From positions 2,496,001 through 2,560,000 of the forward strand of contig OY771587.1 in NCBI GenBank assembly GCA_963674825.1: a DNA stretch of 64,000 nucleotides, read 5' to 3'. The DNA is from Candidatus Cloacimonadales bacterium (lineage in GTDB: Bacteria > Cloacimonadota > Cloacimonadia > Cloacimonadales > JAIOQZ01). The notes under the pieces are model-generated. The model saw only the letters and a list, made by a program, of their open reading frames with translations. It was not told the origin of the DNA and did no database searches. This document shows positions 1 to 9,826 of this stretch, one piece after another. Positions within the stretch are counted from its first letter, which is position 1, and the number at the start of each line of letters is the position of its first letter. The translations under genes were made by a program, and so were the position numbers.

Positions 1-3000
1 GTAATCGGAACCGGAACGGTCATTGTGTTTGTAGGATATCTTCGAGAATACGCGATATTTACTCAGCAGGTATAGCGTGAGGCTTTCGGAGAGGCCCATG
101 CTTTTTATCGAGTACTGGTTGTCTGAAAGGCGTTTATTACCATCTTCTGTTGTGTAGCTCAGCTCCGTCTGCAGGAGGAGGTTTCGGCTGGTGCGGGTGG
201 TTATTTCCAACGTGTAGATATCACTTTCTGTTCTTGAATCGTAGTAAGAATCCTCTTCTATCAGATTTTCCCAGGAAACCTCGACGTCATTGTTTTTGAT
301 CTTCGTATAGCGTGCGGAGTAAAACCACGACTCTTCCATATAGTCCGATGTTTCCTGGTAACGATTGTCCAGACTCATATCTTTTCCATACTGGCCTTTG
401 AACAACAGCGTTTTGGGAATGAGATCGTACCAGAGTGTTTGCCGAAATGAGTTTTGCCCATAGATCGTATATTTGCTGTCCATTACGCGATCGGAGGAGA
501 GGAGATAGACTTTCCATTTGTCTTTGGAACGAGAGTTTTCGGTAATAGCGACATAGCTTTCGGACTGGAGCCGGTTGAGGATCGGCGTATCGGGCAGCAG
601 GGACTTTGGGTTGAGAAAGAGCGAGCCGTCGGTCGTGACTTCGATGGATAGCTCCGATTCGCCGGATGTGATGTAAACCCAGTCGAAATCGCCTTCTTCG
701 ACATAGACGCCGGTGCTGTCATATTCGCCGAGGCCTTCGCCGATGTACTCCAGCTCTCTGACCTTCGGGTAGAATTCGAGGTTTTGGAGGGAGTAATTTA
801 GGTTGAGCGAAATGGCGTCTCTAAGGAAATTGCTGACGCTGGTGATCTCCGCGACGTCGTAATTATCCTCGTCCCCCATGTTATCTACGATGCGATGCAA
901 GTACCGTAATTTGAGTCGGTGGCGACTATAGTTCATGAGGTAGTCGAGTTGCCATGTGTCGGTGTCTTGCTCGTAGTCTGAGGTGTCGATGCGATATTCG
1001 TCACGAGAATAGGAGACTTGCGCGGCAACTTGCCGGGTATCGTGTGTTCCTGTATATACTTTCCAGGTAAGGTTTTGGTCGCGGTAATCGGCTTCGCTCC
1101 GGTACTTCTCATCAAACTGGTTGTGGTAATATTCCCCACCGAATTTATAGTTGCGGATGATGTAGTACGAATTCAGGTTCAGCCTTCGGATGGATGCGAA
1201 ATCCTGTTCCAGCGAGGGATCGAGGTAATCCTGATCCGAGTTCATATATCGAAGATAGATATAGGGGATCAGGCTGAACTGATCGAGTGTGCCGGTGTAA
1301 ATGCTTTGCCGGAAAGCTGCGTAGTCCTTGTATTCCTTTTCAGTGTAGGTGACGGACGGTGTGAAAAGATCGAACAGTCGCATTGTGTAGTTTCCGAAAA
1401 ACTCGGTTCGACTCACAGTGTCGTTTCTTGCGAATTCATAGGTCTGATAGCTCGATTCCGGATTGTCAATCTCCGCGAGTGGCTCCAAGCCTTTACGGAA
1501 ATAGCGGTAATAACCTATCAAGCGTGGCTGTAGGAGTTCAAATCCCGGATCGATCTCGAATCCGGCGTGGGTTGCCCAGGAATCGTTATCGCTGTCGTCC
1601 TTGGATGACCATGTGTTCTTGTCGAGGGTGGTAACCAGGGTTTCTGTCTCGAGCTTGAGGAAATCGCCGCGCCAACCTGCTGCGAAGTCGTAGTTGATCT
1701 GACGTTGGGGAGAGGCGAGCTTGCGCACGGGTTCGTAGCGGCCTTGTCCTTCGCCGACGTAGTAATATACGGATGGTGACTGCTGTTCGTAGGAGCCTTC
1801 GCCGCTTCCGACATAGGAAAATGAGAGGACGTAGGTTCCTGTGCTGTCGTACCCGACGTACTCGTAGTAGCTTTCATCGCCTTCTGTGATGAGAATGTAG
1901 TTTCCGTTGCCTACTTCGGTTTCAGTGATGCCATTACCCCAGGCGATATTATCACCTGCGGCGCGCAGAATGGCTTTGTCCTCGTCGCTGAGGGATTCCT
2001 GGAGCGGATTACTCTTATCGTCGTTCTGCACGATTGCGTGGGCGTCGAGGTAGAATCTGCCGACAGGTTTGGTCTCAGTAGAGGCCATGTAGAGATTTTT
2101 GCGGTAATCTTCGTCGGAATACTGATAGACGACCATGATGTAGCTCTCGTCGTCGATGAAATGGTTGTTGGTGAAGGTGATGGTTCCTTCTTCGTAGTCG
2201 ATGGTGTAATCGCTACCTCGCTGCATGGATACGCCGTTTAGATATACGGTCTCAGAGCCGGAGACGACCTGTATGGTGAAGCCGTCGGTGTTGAGATAAT
2301 AGGGCCCCTGTTTGGCTTGCTCACCGTTGAACTCGACGGTTTGCGTTTGAGCTCGTGAAACCGCGAGTGCACCGCGAAAAGTGTTTTTTCCGTACCATCC
2401 GGCACGGAGACCTTCGAATTGCAGATCGACGTTCATAAACTGGGTGTCCTCGATGGGAAAATCAAGATCACCAAACGCCACCTCGTAGTTATTGCCGTAA
2501 AGCTTGATGAAAACCTGGTCGAGGTTGCTGATTTCACGGGAATCGCCTTCGGGCGTAATGGGCGAACTGTTGTCCGATAACTGAGCCTGGACTTTCATGC
2601 CGGGCGAAAGCTCACCGTCCATCTTCACGAAGAGCGATTGATCGATGCTGACATCGTCCTGGCTTCCGACAGTGAGCGATATCGATTTACTACCTGTGAT
2701 GTTGAGGTCGGTGCGGGTACCGAGATCCCAAGTCTTGCGTTTGCGCATTGGCGGCACGGCAGTTGAATCTCCACGTTGCAGGGTGTAGTAGTAGAATCGT
2801 TCGCGCAGTGCTTCCGGGTAGATTCGGTAGCTTAGGGTCAGGAAGCGCACGCCTTCAGGCAGCTTCAGTATGCTGAGGATACCATTCTGGAAATCGAGGG
2901 TGTAGTCGGTATTCCGCCGGAAGGTGACGTTCGTTGAATCTTGCGGGTTCATCACAAAGAGCGAATCGCTGCCGACGATGATGTTGCGATGTTCGAGCCG

Positions 3001-3129
3001 GATTGCCTCACGTTGCGTGGTCAGGTCGATAGTCGCCTCGCGCTGGATGGGGGAGAAAAAGTTGTAGGCTGCGAGATTGACCGCCGAAAGCAGTAGCAGG
3101 ATCAGCAAAACGGGCCGAGTGGATGTCAT
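1..3129 (-). CDS. Large exported/outer-membrane protein of an FCB-group conserved family (partial, runs off window start)
   Basis: Absent from the ORF track because it is truncated. ATG at 3129 overlaps the tsaE stop (ATGA). Signal peptide MTSTRPVLLILLLLSAVNLAA. Motifs GSKSISLTVG..QSLFVKMDGEL..LSDNSSPITPEGDSREISNLDQVFI and QGPYYL..VSGSETVYLNG. Confidence 0.75.
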   Translation of the reverse strand, partial: MTSTRPVLLILLLLSAVNLAAYNFFSPIQREATIDLTTQREAIRLEHRNIIVGSDSLFVMNPQDSTNVTFRRNTDYTLDFQNGILSILKLPEGVRFLTLSYRIYPEALRERFYYYTLQRGDSTAVPPMRKRKTWDLGTRTDLNITGSKSISLTVGSQDDVSIDQSLFVKMDGELSPGMKVQAQLSDNSSPITPEGDSREISNLDQVFIKLYGNNYEVAFGDLDFPIEDTQFMNVDLQFEGLRAGWYGKNTFRGALAVSRAQTQTVEFNGEQAKQGPYYLNTDGFTIQVVSGSETVYLNGVSMQRGSDYTIDYEEGTITFTNNHFIDDESYIMVVYQYSDEDYRKNLYMASTETKPVGRFYLDAHAIVQNDDKSNPLQESLSDEDKAILRAAGDNIAWGNGITETEVGNGNYILITEGDESYYEYVGYDSTGTYVLSFSYVGSGEGSYEQQSPSVYYYVGEGQGRYEPVRKLASPQRQINYDFAAGWRGDFLKLETETLVTTLDKNTWSSKDDSDNDSWATHAGFEIDPGFELLQPRLIGYYRYFRKGLEPLAEIDNPESSYQTYEFARNDTVSRTEFFGNYTMRLFDLFTPSVTYTEKEYKDYAAFRQSIYTGTLDQFSLIPYIYLRYMNSDQDYLDPSLEQDFASIRRLNLNSYYIIRNYKFGGEYYHNQFDEKYRSEADYRDQNLTWKVYTGTHDTRQVAAQVSYSRDEYRIDTSDYEQDTDTWQLDYLMNYSRHRLKLRYLHRIVDNMGDEDNYDVAEITSVSNFLRDAISLNLNYSLQNLEFYPKVRELEYIGEGLGEYDSTGVYVEEGDFDWVYITSGESELSIEVTTDGSLFLNPKSLLPDTPILNRLQSESYVAITENSRSKDKWKVYLLSSDRVMDSKYTIYGQNSFRQTLWYDLIPKTLLFKGQYGKDMSLDNRYQETSDYMEESWFYSARYTKIKNNDVEVSWENLIEEDSYYDSRTESDIYTLEITTRTSRNLLLQTELSYTTEDGNKRLSDNQYSIKSMGLSESLTLYLLSKYRVFSKISYKHNDRSGSDY

Positions 3130-3563
3130 GCGATGGAAACCGATTCGATCCAGGGTTGATTGCCTTCCAGGGTTACTTTGCGATGTTGATCACGGTATTC
3201 GAAATTCAGATGGATGGTGTTCCGGGGGAGGATGGACTCCGCAAGACTTGGCCACTCGATCAGGAGTGTTTTACGACCGAATATCTCGTGCAGACCCAGT
3301 TCCCAGACTTCCTCTTCACTATCCAGACGGTAGAGGTCGAGATGGACGACATCGTCGCCGTACTCGTGCATTAGAACGTAGCTCGGGCTGCTGACGATCT
3401 CTTGAACGCCCAGCGCAGCGCAGAATTCGCGTGTGAAGAAGGTCTTGCCGGCTCCAAGTGGACCGGACAGCGCTATGACATCGCCCCTCTGGATGTACTT
3501 GGCTAGCTCCCGTGCAAAGCTGCGCGAGGCTGCTTCATCGATAAGTTCAAACTCTTTTCGCAC
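3126..3563 (-). CDS. tsaE: tRNA threonylcarbamoyladenosine biosynthesis ATPase TsaE
   Basis: GPLGAGKT P-loop, VSSPSY, HLDLYRL and IEWP motifs. Confidence 0.95.
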   Translation of the reverse strand: MRKEFELIDEAASRSFARELAKYIQRGDVIALSGPLGAGKTFFTREFCAALGVQEIVSSPSYVLMHEYGDDVVHLDLYRLDSEEEVWELGLHEIFGRKTLLIEWPSLAESILPRNTIHLNFEYRDQHRKVTLEGNQPWIESVSIA

Positions 3564-3895
3564 ATTGACTCCACATAGTGTAACACTCGAAACACGAAAT
3601 GTTTCGCTTGGATCAGATTGTCAATCAATATTGCGAGGAGGCTGTTACGCGAGCTCGATGCCTTTCGTTGCAGATGGTCATCCACCGGCCTATTCGTCCT
3701 ATTGCTCCCTCTAGCGGGGATATACCGCGACTTTCTGACTATCGGACATGGGTGTTAAGTCGCGGAACACCACGCTTGCGGTCGCAAACGAACGAATATG
3801 CTCGTTGGAGCATGCTGGTTGCAATTCATCTTTTTCTTTTGACAGCGATACCCGGGTGGGGTAAATTTCGTCCAATCGAGAAACAGGAGATGTAC

Positions 3896-4609
3896 ATGAA
3901 ACGTATCGCATTAACGATGATCATTTTATGCGTTGCTTTTTTTCTTATCGCTGAAGAAAAAGAACCGCTTCAGGTCTATCAGGAAAATCCCAGCAACGAG
4001 ACTTTTAACAGCGCGGTTGGAGCTTACCGTATGCAAATTGAAGCCGAACCGGACAACTTCCGTCCGCGGCTTATGCTTTCGTATATGTTGCTGATGGAGC
4101 TTGAGCGTAACAACGAATATTTCGCCACCAATATCGATTCGCTTCCACTTCCGGCTAAGTTCCAGTATGCGAACATGTTGCTCGAACTCGGCAAGAACGA
4201 AGAAGCAATCGAGATTTACGCGATGCTCAACGAAGCCTCACCCAAGTGGAGCTGCCCGTGGCGTCATCGCGGCGAAGCGAACATGAATCTCAAGAATTAC
4301 GAAGCTGCAGAAGAAGCGTTGCTCATGGCGATCGAAACCCGCAAAGAGCACTACGACGCCTATGTATGGCTCGCACAGACGCAGCAAGCTCTCGGCAAGA
4401 ACGCCGAAGCGCTGGCGACACTTGAGACTGGTCTCACCTATAAAGGCGAGGATATCGAGGATCCCGATAAGGAAACTGACTCGCTGGACGTCTCGTTCCT
4501 CCATCTTGAACTGCTGAAAGCAAATGGAAAGACGGACGAATTTAAGAAGCTTGCTGAGAAAATCAAAGCGATCGCACCCGATGACGAACGCTGGGAATCA
4601 CTCCAGTAG
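3896..4609 (+). CDS. Exported TPR-repeat protein
   Basis: AGGAGA RBS before ATG 3896; signal peptide MKRIALTMIIL..; TPR-like helices. Confidence 0.8.
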   Translation: MKRIALTMIILCVAFFLIAEEKEPLQVYQENPSNETFNSAVGAYRMQIEAEPDNFRPRLMLSYMLLMELERNNEYFATNIDSLPLPAKFQYANMLLELGKNEEAIEIYAMLNEASPKWSCPWRHRGEANMNLKNYEAAEEALLMAIETRKEHYDAYVWLAQTQQALGKNAEALATLETGLTYKGEDIEDPDKETDSLDVSFLHLELLKANGKTDEFKKLAEKIKAIAPDDERWESLQ

Positions 4610-4657
4610 CGATAAATTGTTGACAGGTTTGTCCGGGGTGTAAATTCCGGTACACGC

Positions 4658-4734
4658 GTCCCCGTAGCTCAGCTGGATAGAGCGCTTGCCTCCGGAGCAA
4701 GAGGCCGTGCGTTCGAATCGCGCCGGGGACGCCA
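4658..4734 (+). tRNA. tRNA-Arg(CCG)
   Basis: Acceptor stem GTCCCCG/CGGGGAC, D arm GCTCAGCTGGATAGAGC, anticodon arm CTTGC-CTCCGGA-GCAAG, T loop GTTCGAATC, encoded CCA. Confidence 0.97.
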
Positions 4735-4740
4735 TTTTTT

Positions 4741-5349
4741 TTAATATCTAAGCGACATCCCGATATATTCACCATCAGAATAGACCTGTACCGGTTCTTG
4801 ATCAAGAGCGAATGCCGTGTTCACGATTGCCACGATTGTGCAGATGCCCCCCATGATATACTTACGGGTACGTTTTTCCTTCAAGTCGCTGCGAGTTTCG
4901 CCTTCCGCGTGGGCGATTGACAAATCAAGGTCGCTAGCATCTATGAAATAATCGACAGCGAGCGCTCCGCTCAATAGGCTGATGGGAATCAGATAGGAAC
5001 GGCGGAGCTGGGGATGTGATGCTGCTTTCTCGATTGCTTTTCTGGCGTCATTATGCTTATCGCGTTGGAGGGATTCGTAGGTAACTGCCTCCTGGCACTC
5101 GGGATCGATAAAATCCTCCTGACGGAATACTCCGAAGGTAATAGGGTGATTCTCGCGAATGACATCGGAGACTTGGCTGCGATGAAACGATATCACTGTG
5201 TTTTTGGCTTGTAGAAAGATTACATCACCCTGTTTTCCAATGATCTCACCATAGAACCTGACGTGGTCCTTGGTTCTGACTTCGACGACTTCCGCGAGGG
5301 CTGTCACGACTGCGAGAGAGAATAGGAGAATGCTGAGTATCCACTTCAT
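4741..5349 (-). CDS. Hypothetical exported/membrane protein
   Basis: AGGAG RBS, signal peptide, C-terminal hydrophobic segments. Confidence 0.7.
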   Translation of the reverse strand: MKWILSILLFSLAVVTALAEVVEVRTKDHVRFYGEIIGKQGDVIFLQAKNTVISFHRSQVSDVIRENHPITFGVFRQEDFIDPECQEAVTYESLQRDKHNDARKAIEKAASHPQLRRSYLIPISLLSGALAVDYFIDASDLDLSIAHAEGETRSDLKEKRTRKYIMGGICTIVAIVNTAFALDQEPVQVYSDGEYIGMSLRY

Positions 5350-5429
5350 GAAACCAACTCCTTGAAAAGTTAATTCTATTATCTTATTTTCATGCGCGAG
5401 AAGTCATGGAGAAATAGTAGCTATCTAAA

Positions 5430-5948
5430 TTACTTCTTCTGTTTCACTTTGTCCCGGTAACCGCAGCTGATCAGCCCATTCGTGATATTTTCTTTCGCTT
5501 TCTGGAGATCATCAAGATAGCCATTCACCTTTTCGAATTCGTCAAGGATTTCCCGGTTGGGGTTGCCGTGGCTGAGCCCAAGCTGGCGCAACGCGTCGAT
5601 ACCCCTTTTAAGGCCCGAAATCGCGGTCATCATGTTACGGCATTCCTGGGCAACGAACTGACAACCAACCTCCTTCTCGATTAAGAGTGAGGCCTGGTGC
5701 AGATGTTCGTGGGCGATATCCAGTTCCTCTAAACATTTATCCACGTAATATTTGAGGTTCTTCCAGTTGGTGTCGTAGTTCAGGTTGTTCTTGTCGTCGC
5801 GAATGTACTCAGAATGGATGAGGGCGAAGTCTTGGTTATCGCTAAAAAGGTTCAGCTGATAAATGGCCTTGTTGAAATAAGCATAAATCGGATCGTATAA
5901 CTCGACTGCGTTATCGAGGATAGATGGTGCGACGCCGTTTCTCAGCAT
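5430..5948 (-). CDS. Hypothetical helical protein, possibly the frameshifted C-terminus of 5942-7297
   Basis: ORF overlaps the end of the upstream ORF; start uncertain. Confidence 0.5.
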   Translation of the reverse strand: MLRNGVAPSILDNAVELYDPIYAYFNKAIYQLNLFSDNQDFALIHSEYIRDDKNNLNYDTNWKNLKYYVDKCLEELDIAHEHLHQASLLIEKEVGCQFVAQECRNMMTAISGLKRGIDALRQLGLSHGNPNREILDEFEKVNGYLDDLQKAKENITNGLISCGYRDKVKQKK

Positions 5949-7297
5949 CTTCCCGTTAACAATCTCGTAAAGCGAGAGGTCCCTTCGTAGGAGTAAATTT
6001 CCCCTGAGTAGGGCAGGTCTGAGTTGAGGATACCCTTGAACCAGAAACCATCCGCCCACAGGTAATCCATCACGTTGTGGTCAACTGCGCCTGTCGGGTA
6101 TATGCCGAATGTGCTGTCGAATTTGAAATCTTCAGGGTGAAGAGGGCTGAATCCGATGCGGGTGATTTTGTCGGCATCGTAATTGAAGGTAGCTCCGATC
6201 GACATATGGTGATGCTTATCTGGGTCTTTTTCCGGTCCGCCGATAAAAAAGTAGGATGATTTGGCGCGGATGTAGTTAGGCCCGTAGCGTGCTTCCAGTT
6301 CATCGTATGTCATCTGTTCTCCGAAACCGAAGGCTTTCAGGATAGATTCATTCGTTACTTTGATGCCGATAGATTTGATGATGGTGTCGTAGTTGCCTGT
6401 CTCGATGACGACCGACTGGTCTTTCGATTTTACGTACTCGTCGTCCTTGGTGAAGCCGTATTTTTCCTGAATCACCTTCCAGTCGTTGCTGCAATAGTCC
6501 TTTTTGTTGAATAGGTAAAGCATGCTTTTTGTCTTGCTACCGAAGTACGGTTCCCAGATATCGGGAAGTGGCTCTTCGACGACCGGTTTCGATTGCGGGG
6601 GCTTCGTCGCGGCATTCAGGCTGTTGTTTTGCTGGCTGGTCTGAGCGATTCCTCCACGTGCTTTTGCCATGACGTCTTTGATCGACTGACGTTGGTCGGT
6701 GACCATATATTGCACGTAATCATCGGCGTCCCCCCACCATGTGTTCAGAGGGAATTTATTGAAGTCGCCGGAAATGGCAATATAGTGGATAACGTATTTA
6801 CCATCTTCGCGATATTGATATAGTAGCTTCACTTTCGCATCCAGTTCACTTCCCTTTGGGTAGAACACCATTTTTGAAGCTTCTGGATTTTCTTCCGTAG
6901 CGTTATCTTTGTATTGCCAGATATCCCGAAGTGAAGCGTTATTATTATAGGCTTCGAGAAAATCCTGAAAATGCGATGGCAGGCCGTAAAATGATGTCAG
7001 CTCAGAGAAAAATTGTTCGGATTGACTATCTTTATAATGTGCTATCTCAGCCCTGCGGAAGCCTTCATTGAGCAACAGGCTGATCGATACCATGTAATCG
7101 CCTTTGTAGATGGTTTCAGACGAGGAGTTCAAGAACTTATCAAGTGTGAAGCCGGTATTTGCAAGATAATATAGGACAAGCGGATCGTCGGCGGGTTTAC
7201 CGATCAGGAGGTGCAAATTTGGCGACGCGGGATTGAAATCGGTGGCAGCGATGGATAGCGCAAGGCACAAGAATAGAAGCGATAGCAAGGTTTTCAT
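5942..7297 (-). CDS. Hypothetical exported protein
   Basis: GAGGA RBS, signal peptide MKTLLSLLFLCLALSIAA, 451 aa. Confidence 0.75.
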   Translation of the reverse strand: MKTLLSLLFLCLALSIAATDFNPASPNLHLLIGKPADDPLVLYYLANTGFTLDKFLNSSSETIYKGDYMVSISLLLNEGFRRAEIAHYKDSQSEQFFSELTSFYGLPSHFQDFLEAYNNNASLRDIWQYKDNATEENPEASKMVFYPKGSELDAKVKLLYQYREDGKYVIHYIAISGDFNKFPLNTWWGDADDYVQYMVTDQRQSIKDVMAKARGGIAQTSQQNNSLNAATKPPQSKPVVEEPLPDIWEPYFGSKTKSMLYLFNKKDYCSNDWKVIQEKYGFTKDDEYVKSKDQSVVIETGNYDTIIKSIGIKVTNESILKAFGFGEQMTYDELEARYGPNYIRAKSSYFFIGGPEKDPDKHHHMSIGATFNYDADKITRIGFSPLHPEDFKFDSTFGIYPTGAVDHNVMDYLWADGFWFKGILNSDLPYSGEIYSYEGTSRFTRLLTGRC

Positions 7298-7353
7298 AGT
7301 CGATCCTCGAAGATTTTCCGAAAGCTATGAGGTGCATTCAAGATCGTCAAGAC

Positions 7354-7384
7354 AAAAAGAAAAGGGCGAATGTCTTCGCCCTTT
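7354..7384 (-). terminator. Intrinsic terminator of amt
   Basis: AAAGGGCGAA-tgtc-TTCGCCCTTT hairpin with a U-tract on the minus strand. Confidence 0.75.
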
Positions 7385-7402
7385 CCAATAGCCGATGCTT
7401 TA

Positions 7403-8620
7403 TTACAGCACGCCTTCCTGATAAGCCACTTCTTCATGAAGCGCTGCGTCGAGTCCCTTGAGCTCTTCTTCTTCAGACACGCGAACTTTCGTGATCTTGT
7501 TGATAACGAAAAGCATGATGTAGGTGAAGAGGAAGGCATAGACGCTAGCGCCGATAACGGCAACCACCTGCTTCACGAAGAAGCCGGTTCCGCCGAATAC
7601 CAGCCCAGCCGGTGCATTGGGATTGACTGCTGTGGATGCGAAGACGCCAAGCATGATGGTTCCGACCACACCGCCGACACCGTGAACGCCCCATACGTCG
7701 AGTGCGTCATCCCAGCCCTTCTTGTTCTTGAGCTGAACGGCAAGGTAGCAGACCACACTCGCGGCGATACCGATGATTGCGGCAGCCCATACCGGAACGA
7801 ATCCGGCAGCGGGTGTAATGGTGGCCAGACCGGCGACAGCGCCAGTGAGAAGGCCGACGAGTTTTGGTTTGCGAGCGTGCATCCACTCGATGAAGAGCCA
7901 TGTCACGGTTGCGAAGGATGCTGCGATATCAGTATTAACGAATGCCTGGACGGTGATTTCGTCCACGGCGAGTTCGCTACCGGCGTTGAAGCCGTACCAG
8001 CCGAACCAAAGGAGGCCGGTTCCGATTGCCACGAGCGGAATGCTGTTAGGTGTAGAAGTTTGTTCTTTTCGAGCTCCGACATAGAAGACCGAAGCGAGTG
8101 CTGCGAAACCGGCTGTTGCGTGAACGACGATACCGCCTGCGAAGTCAAGAACGCCCCATTGTGCAAGGATTCCACCACCCCAGACCATGTGGACAAACGG
8201 GTAATAAACGAAGATTTGCCACATGCAAAGGAAGATAAGATAGGATTTGAACGAGACACGGTTTACGAATGCGCCGGTAATCAGCGCAGGCGTGATGATC
8301 GCGAACATCATCTGATACGCGAAGAACAGGTATTCCGGGATATGATCGACCGGAGGTGCAAGGACGGAATGGATCGTGACGCCGTTTAGAAACGCCTTGT
8401 CCAGGTTTCCGATGATTGCTCCGTCGCCGCTGAAGCACAGCGAGTAACCGATAGCGAACCAGAGAATCGTAGTGATACCCAAAGAAACAAAACTCTGGAT
8501 CATGATTCCGAGGATGTTGCGCTTGTGGGCAAGTCCACCATAGAAGAATGCCAGACCTGGAGTCATGAGCATTACGAGACTGGTTGCCAGTAGCATGAAT
8601 GCAATTGATGCGTAGTCCAT
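7403..8620 (-). CDS. amtB: Ammonium transporter Amt
   Basis: LMTPGLAFFYGG, DFAGGIVVH, LLWFGWYGFN, DDALDVWGVHGVGG. Confidence 0.97.
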   Translation of the reverse strand: MDYASIAFMLLATSLVMLMTPGLAFFYGGLAHKRNILGIMIQSFVSLGITTILWFAIGYSLCFSGDGAIIGNLDKAFLNGVTIHSVLAPPVDHIPEYLFFAYQMMFAIITPALITGAFVNRVSFKSYLIFLCMWQIFVYYPFVHMVWGGGILAQWGVLDFAGGIVVHATAGFAALASVFYVGARKEQTSTPNSIPLVAIGTGLLWFGWYGFNAGSELAVDEITVQAFVNTDIAASFATVTWLFIEWMHARKPKLVGLLTGAVAGLATITPAAGFVPVWAAAIIGIAASVVCYLAVQLKNKKGWDDALDVWGVHGVGGVVGTIMLGVFASTAVNPNAPAGLVFGGTGFFVKQVVAVIGASVYAFLFTYIMLFVINKITKVRVSEEEELKGLDAALHEEVAYQEGVL

Positions 8621-8732
8621 ATATTCACCCCTGAATGTACTTTTCTCTGGCTGGAACCAGAGGATGGTGCATATTGAGAAAATTGAATAAAGGTGTCAAA
8701 CTGAATATTCAGTCTTGAATGAGATTTTCCAT

Positions 8733-8748
8733 TGGTCGCGTAATTGCT
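8733..8748 (+). promoter_or_regulatory. Degenerate sigma54 (-24/-12) promoter of pilin-like gene 1
   Basis: TGGTCG-CGTAA-TTGCT, 36 nt before the ATG, the same spacing as in copy 2. Confidence 0.5.
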
Positions 8749-8784
8749 TCATAGTTTCGTCAGGAAATAATATAAAGGGATAAT

Positions 8785-9186
8785 ATGGGACAGCAACAGA
8801 TACTTCTTATCGTTATCGGGGTAATCCTGATTGCCGTAGCGGTTGGCGTGGGAGCGCAGCTATTCCGCGATCAGACACTCGATGCGAACCGTGACGATCT
8901 GCGTGCTGATCTCGTGTGGCTTGCCGAAAAAGCCTACAAATATCGCATGATGACATCTGTAATGGGTGGTGGAAGCGGCTCCTATAACAATCTAGTAGAA
9001 GATGACCTTGGGATCGCAGATGCGCTCGATAATGATCACGGTACTTTCGAATTAGTCTCCGTCGATGCTGATGAAGTGGTTCTGCAGGCGACCGGCAAAA
9101 TTGGGGAGACCCCGTGGATCCTCCAGTGTGTGATGGATGGCAGCGGTAATAAAACGATCACGGTTGTTCAAGACGCAGCGTTCTGA
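8785..9186 (+). CDS. Type IV pilin-like protein (MGQQQ family), copy 1
   Basis: MG|QQQILLIVIGVILIAVAVGVG hydrophobic N-terminal helix; 133 aa; paralog of 9405-9806. Confidence 0.75.
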   Translation: MGQQQILLIVIGVILIAVAVGVGAQLFRDQTLDANRDDLRADLVWLAEKAYKYRMMTSVMGGGSGSYNNLVEDDLGIADALDNDHGTFELVSVDADEVVLQATGKIGETPWILQCVMDGSGNKTITVVQDAAF

Positions 9187-9204
9187 TCTTTGACTTCGAA
9201 TATG

Positions 9205-9368
9205 TGTAAGATTTAATATACAGATTGTAAGATATCTGTGACAGATTTTCGGTGTAGCAGATGGCAGGGCCAATTCATCAATGCCAATTTTTACGCCGAT
9301 AATAACGTAACTTGCTGATATGTGGTTGTATATAAATATTCGGCCAATTATTTGGCACAGGCATTGCA
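9205..9368 (+). promoter_or_regulatory. sigma54 promoter with IHF site and upstream activator sequence
   Basis: TGGCAC-AGGCA-TTGCA at 9353-9368; IHF consensus WATCARNNNNTTR on the minus strand at 9308-9320; palindrome ACAGAT-N8-ATCTGT at 9220-9239 plus repeats spaced 21 bp apart. Confidence 0.8.
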
Positions 9369-9404
9369 AAGTAAAATGACAAATCACAAAACAAGGAGAT
9401 TACA

Positions 9405-9806
9405 ATGGGACAACAACAAATTCTGCTCATCGTGCTTAGCGTTATCCTCGTCGGTGTCGCTGTAGCAGTCGGTATTACCATGTTCAGAGACCATGCTCTT
9501 AACTCGAACAAGGATGCGATCATCGCTGACCTTACCAACCTTTCCGCAAAGGTTTACAAGTTCAGAATCACCCCGACCGGCATGGACGGTGGTGGCGGAT
9601 CATACGCTGACCTCGAAGATGGCGACCTCGGTACTGCCGAAGCGCTTGACAACGACAACGCGACCTATGAAATTATCTCCGCAGACGCTGATGAAGTTGT
9701 TCTTCAGGCGACCGGTACTCAGGGTGCTACTCCCTGGATTATCCAGTGCACAATCGACGCAAGCGGAAACAACACATTCACGACGACACAGCAGGCAGCT
9801 TATTAA
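9405..9806 (+). CDS. Type IV pilin-like protein (MGQQQ family), copy 2
   Basis: AAGGAG RBS; MG|QQQILLIVLSVILVGVAVAVG; 133 aa. Confidence 0.8.
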   Translation: MGQQQILLIVLSVILVGVAVAVGITMFRDHALNSNKDAIIADLTNLSAKVYKFRITPTGMDGGGGSYADLEDGDLGTAEALDNDNATYEIISADADEVVLQATGTQGATPWIIQCTIDASGNNTFTTTQQAAY

Positions 9807-9826
9807 TCGTAATGTGACTTGATATT

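Noticed and set aside
3640..3725. SAM-I riboswitch-like words on the minus strand (GAGGGA..GGCC..GATGA..GCAAC)
   Set aside because: P1 pairing and spacing do not fit, and the downstream gene tsaE is not a typical target
3599..3895. N-terminal extensions in the ORF track (3599, 10262, 16311, 29314, 37024, 52216, 52352)
   Set aside because: Downstream starts have RBSs and signal peptides or domain boundaries; the extensions overlap promoters or other genes
7370..8389. 339-aa plus-strand ORF and many similar antisense ORFs (e.g. 1018-1533, 54725-55459)
   Set aside because: Shadow frames opposite well-supported genes
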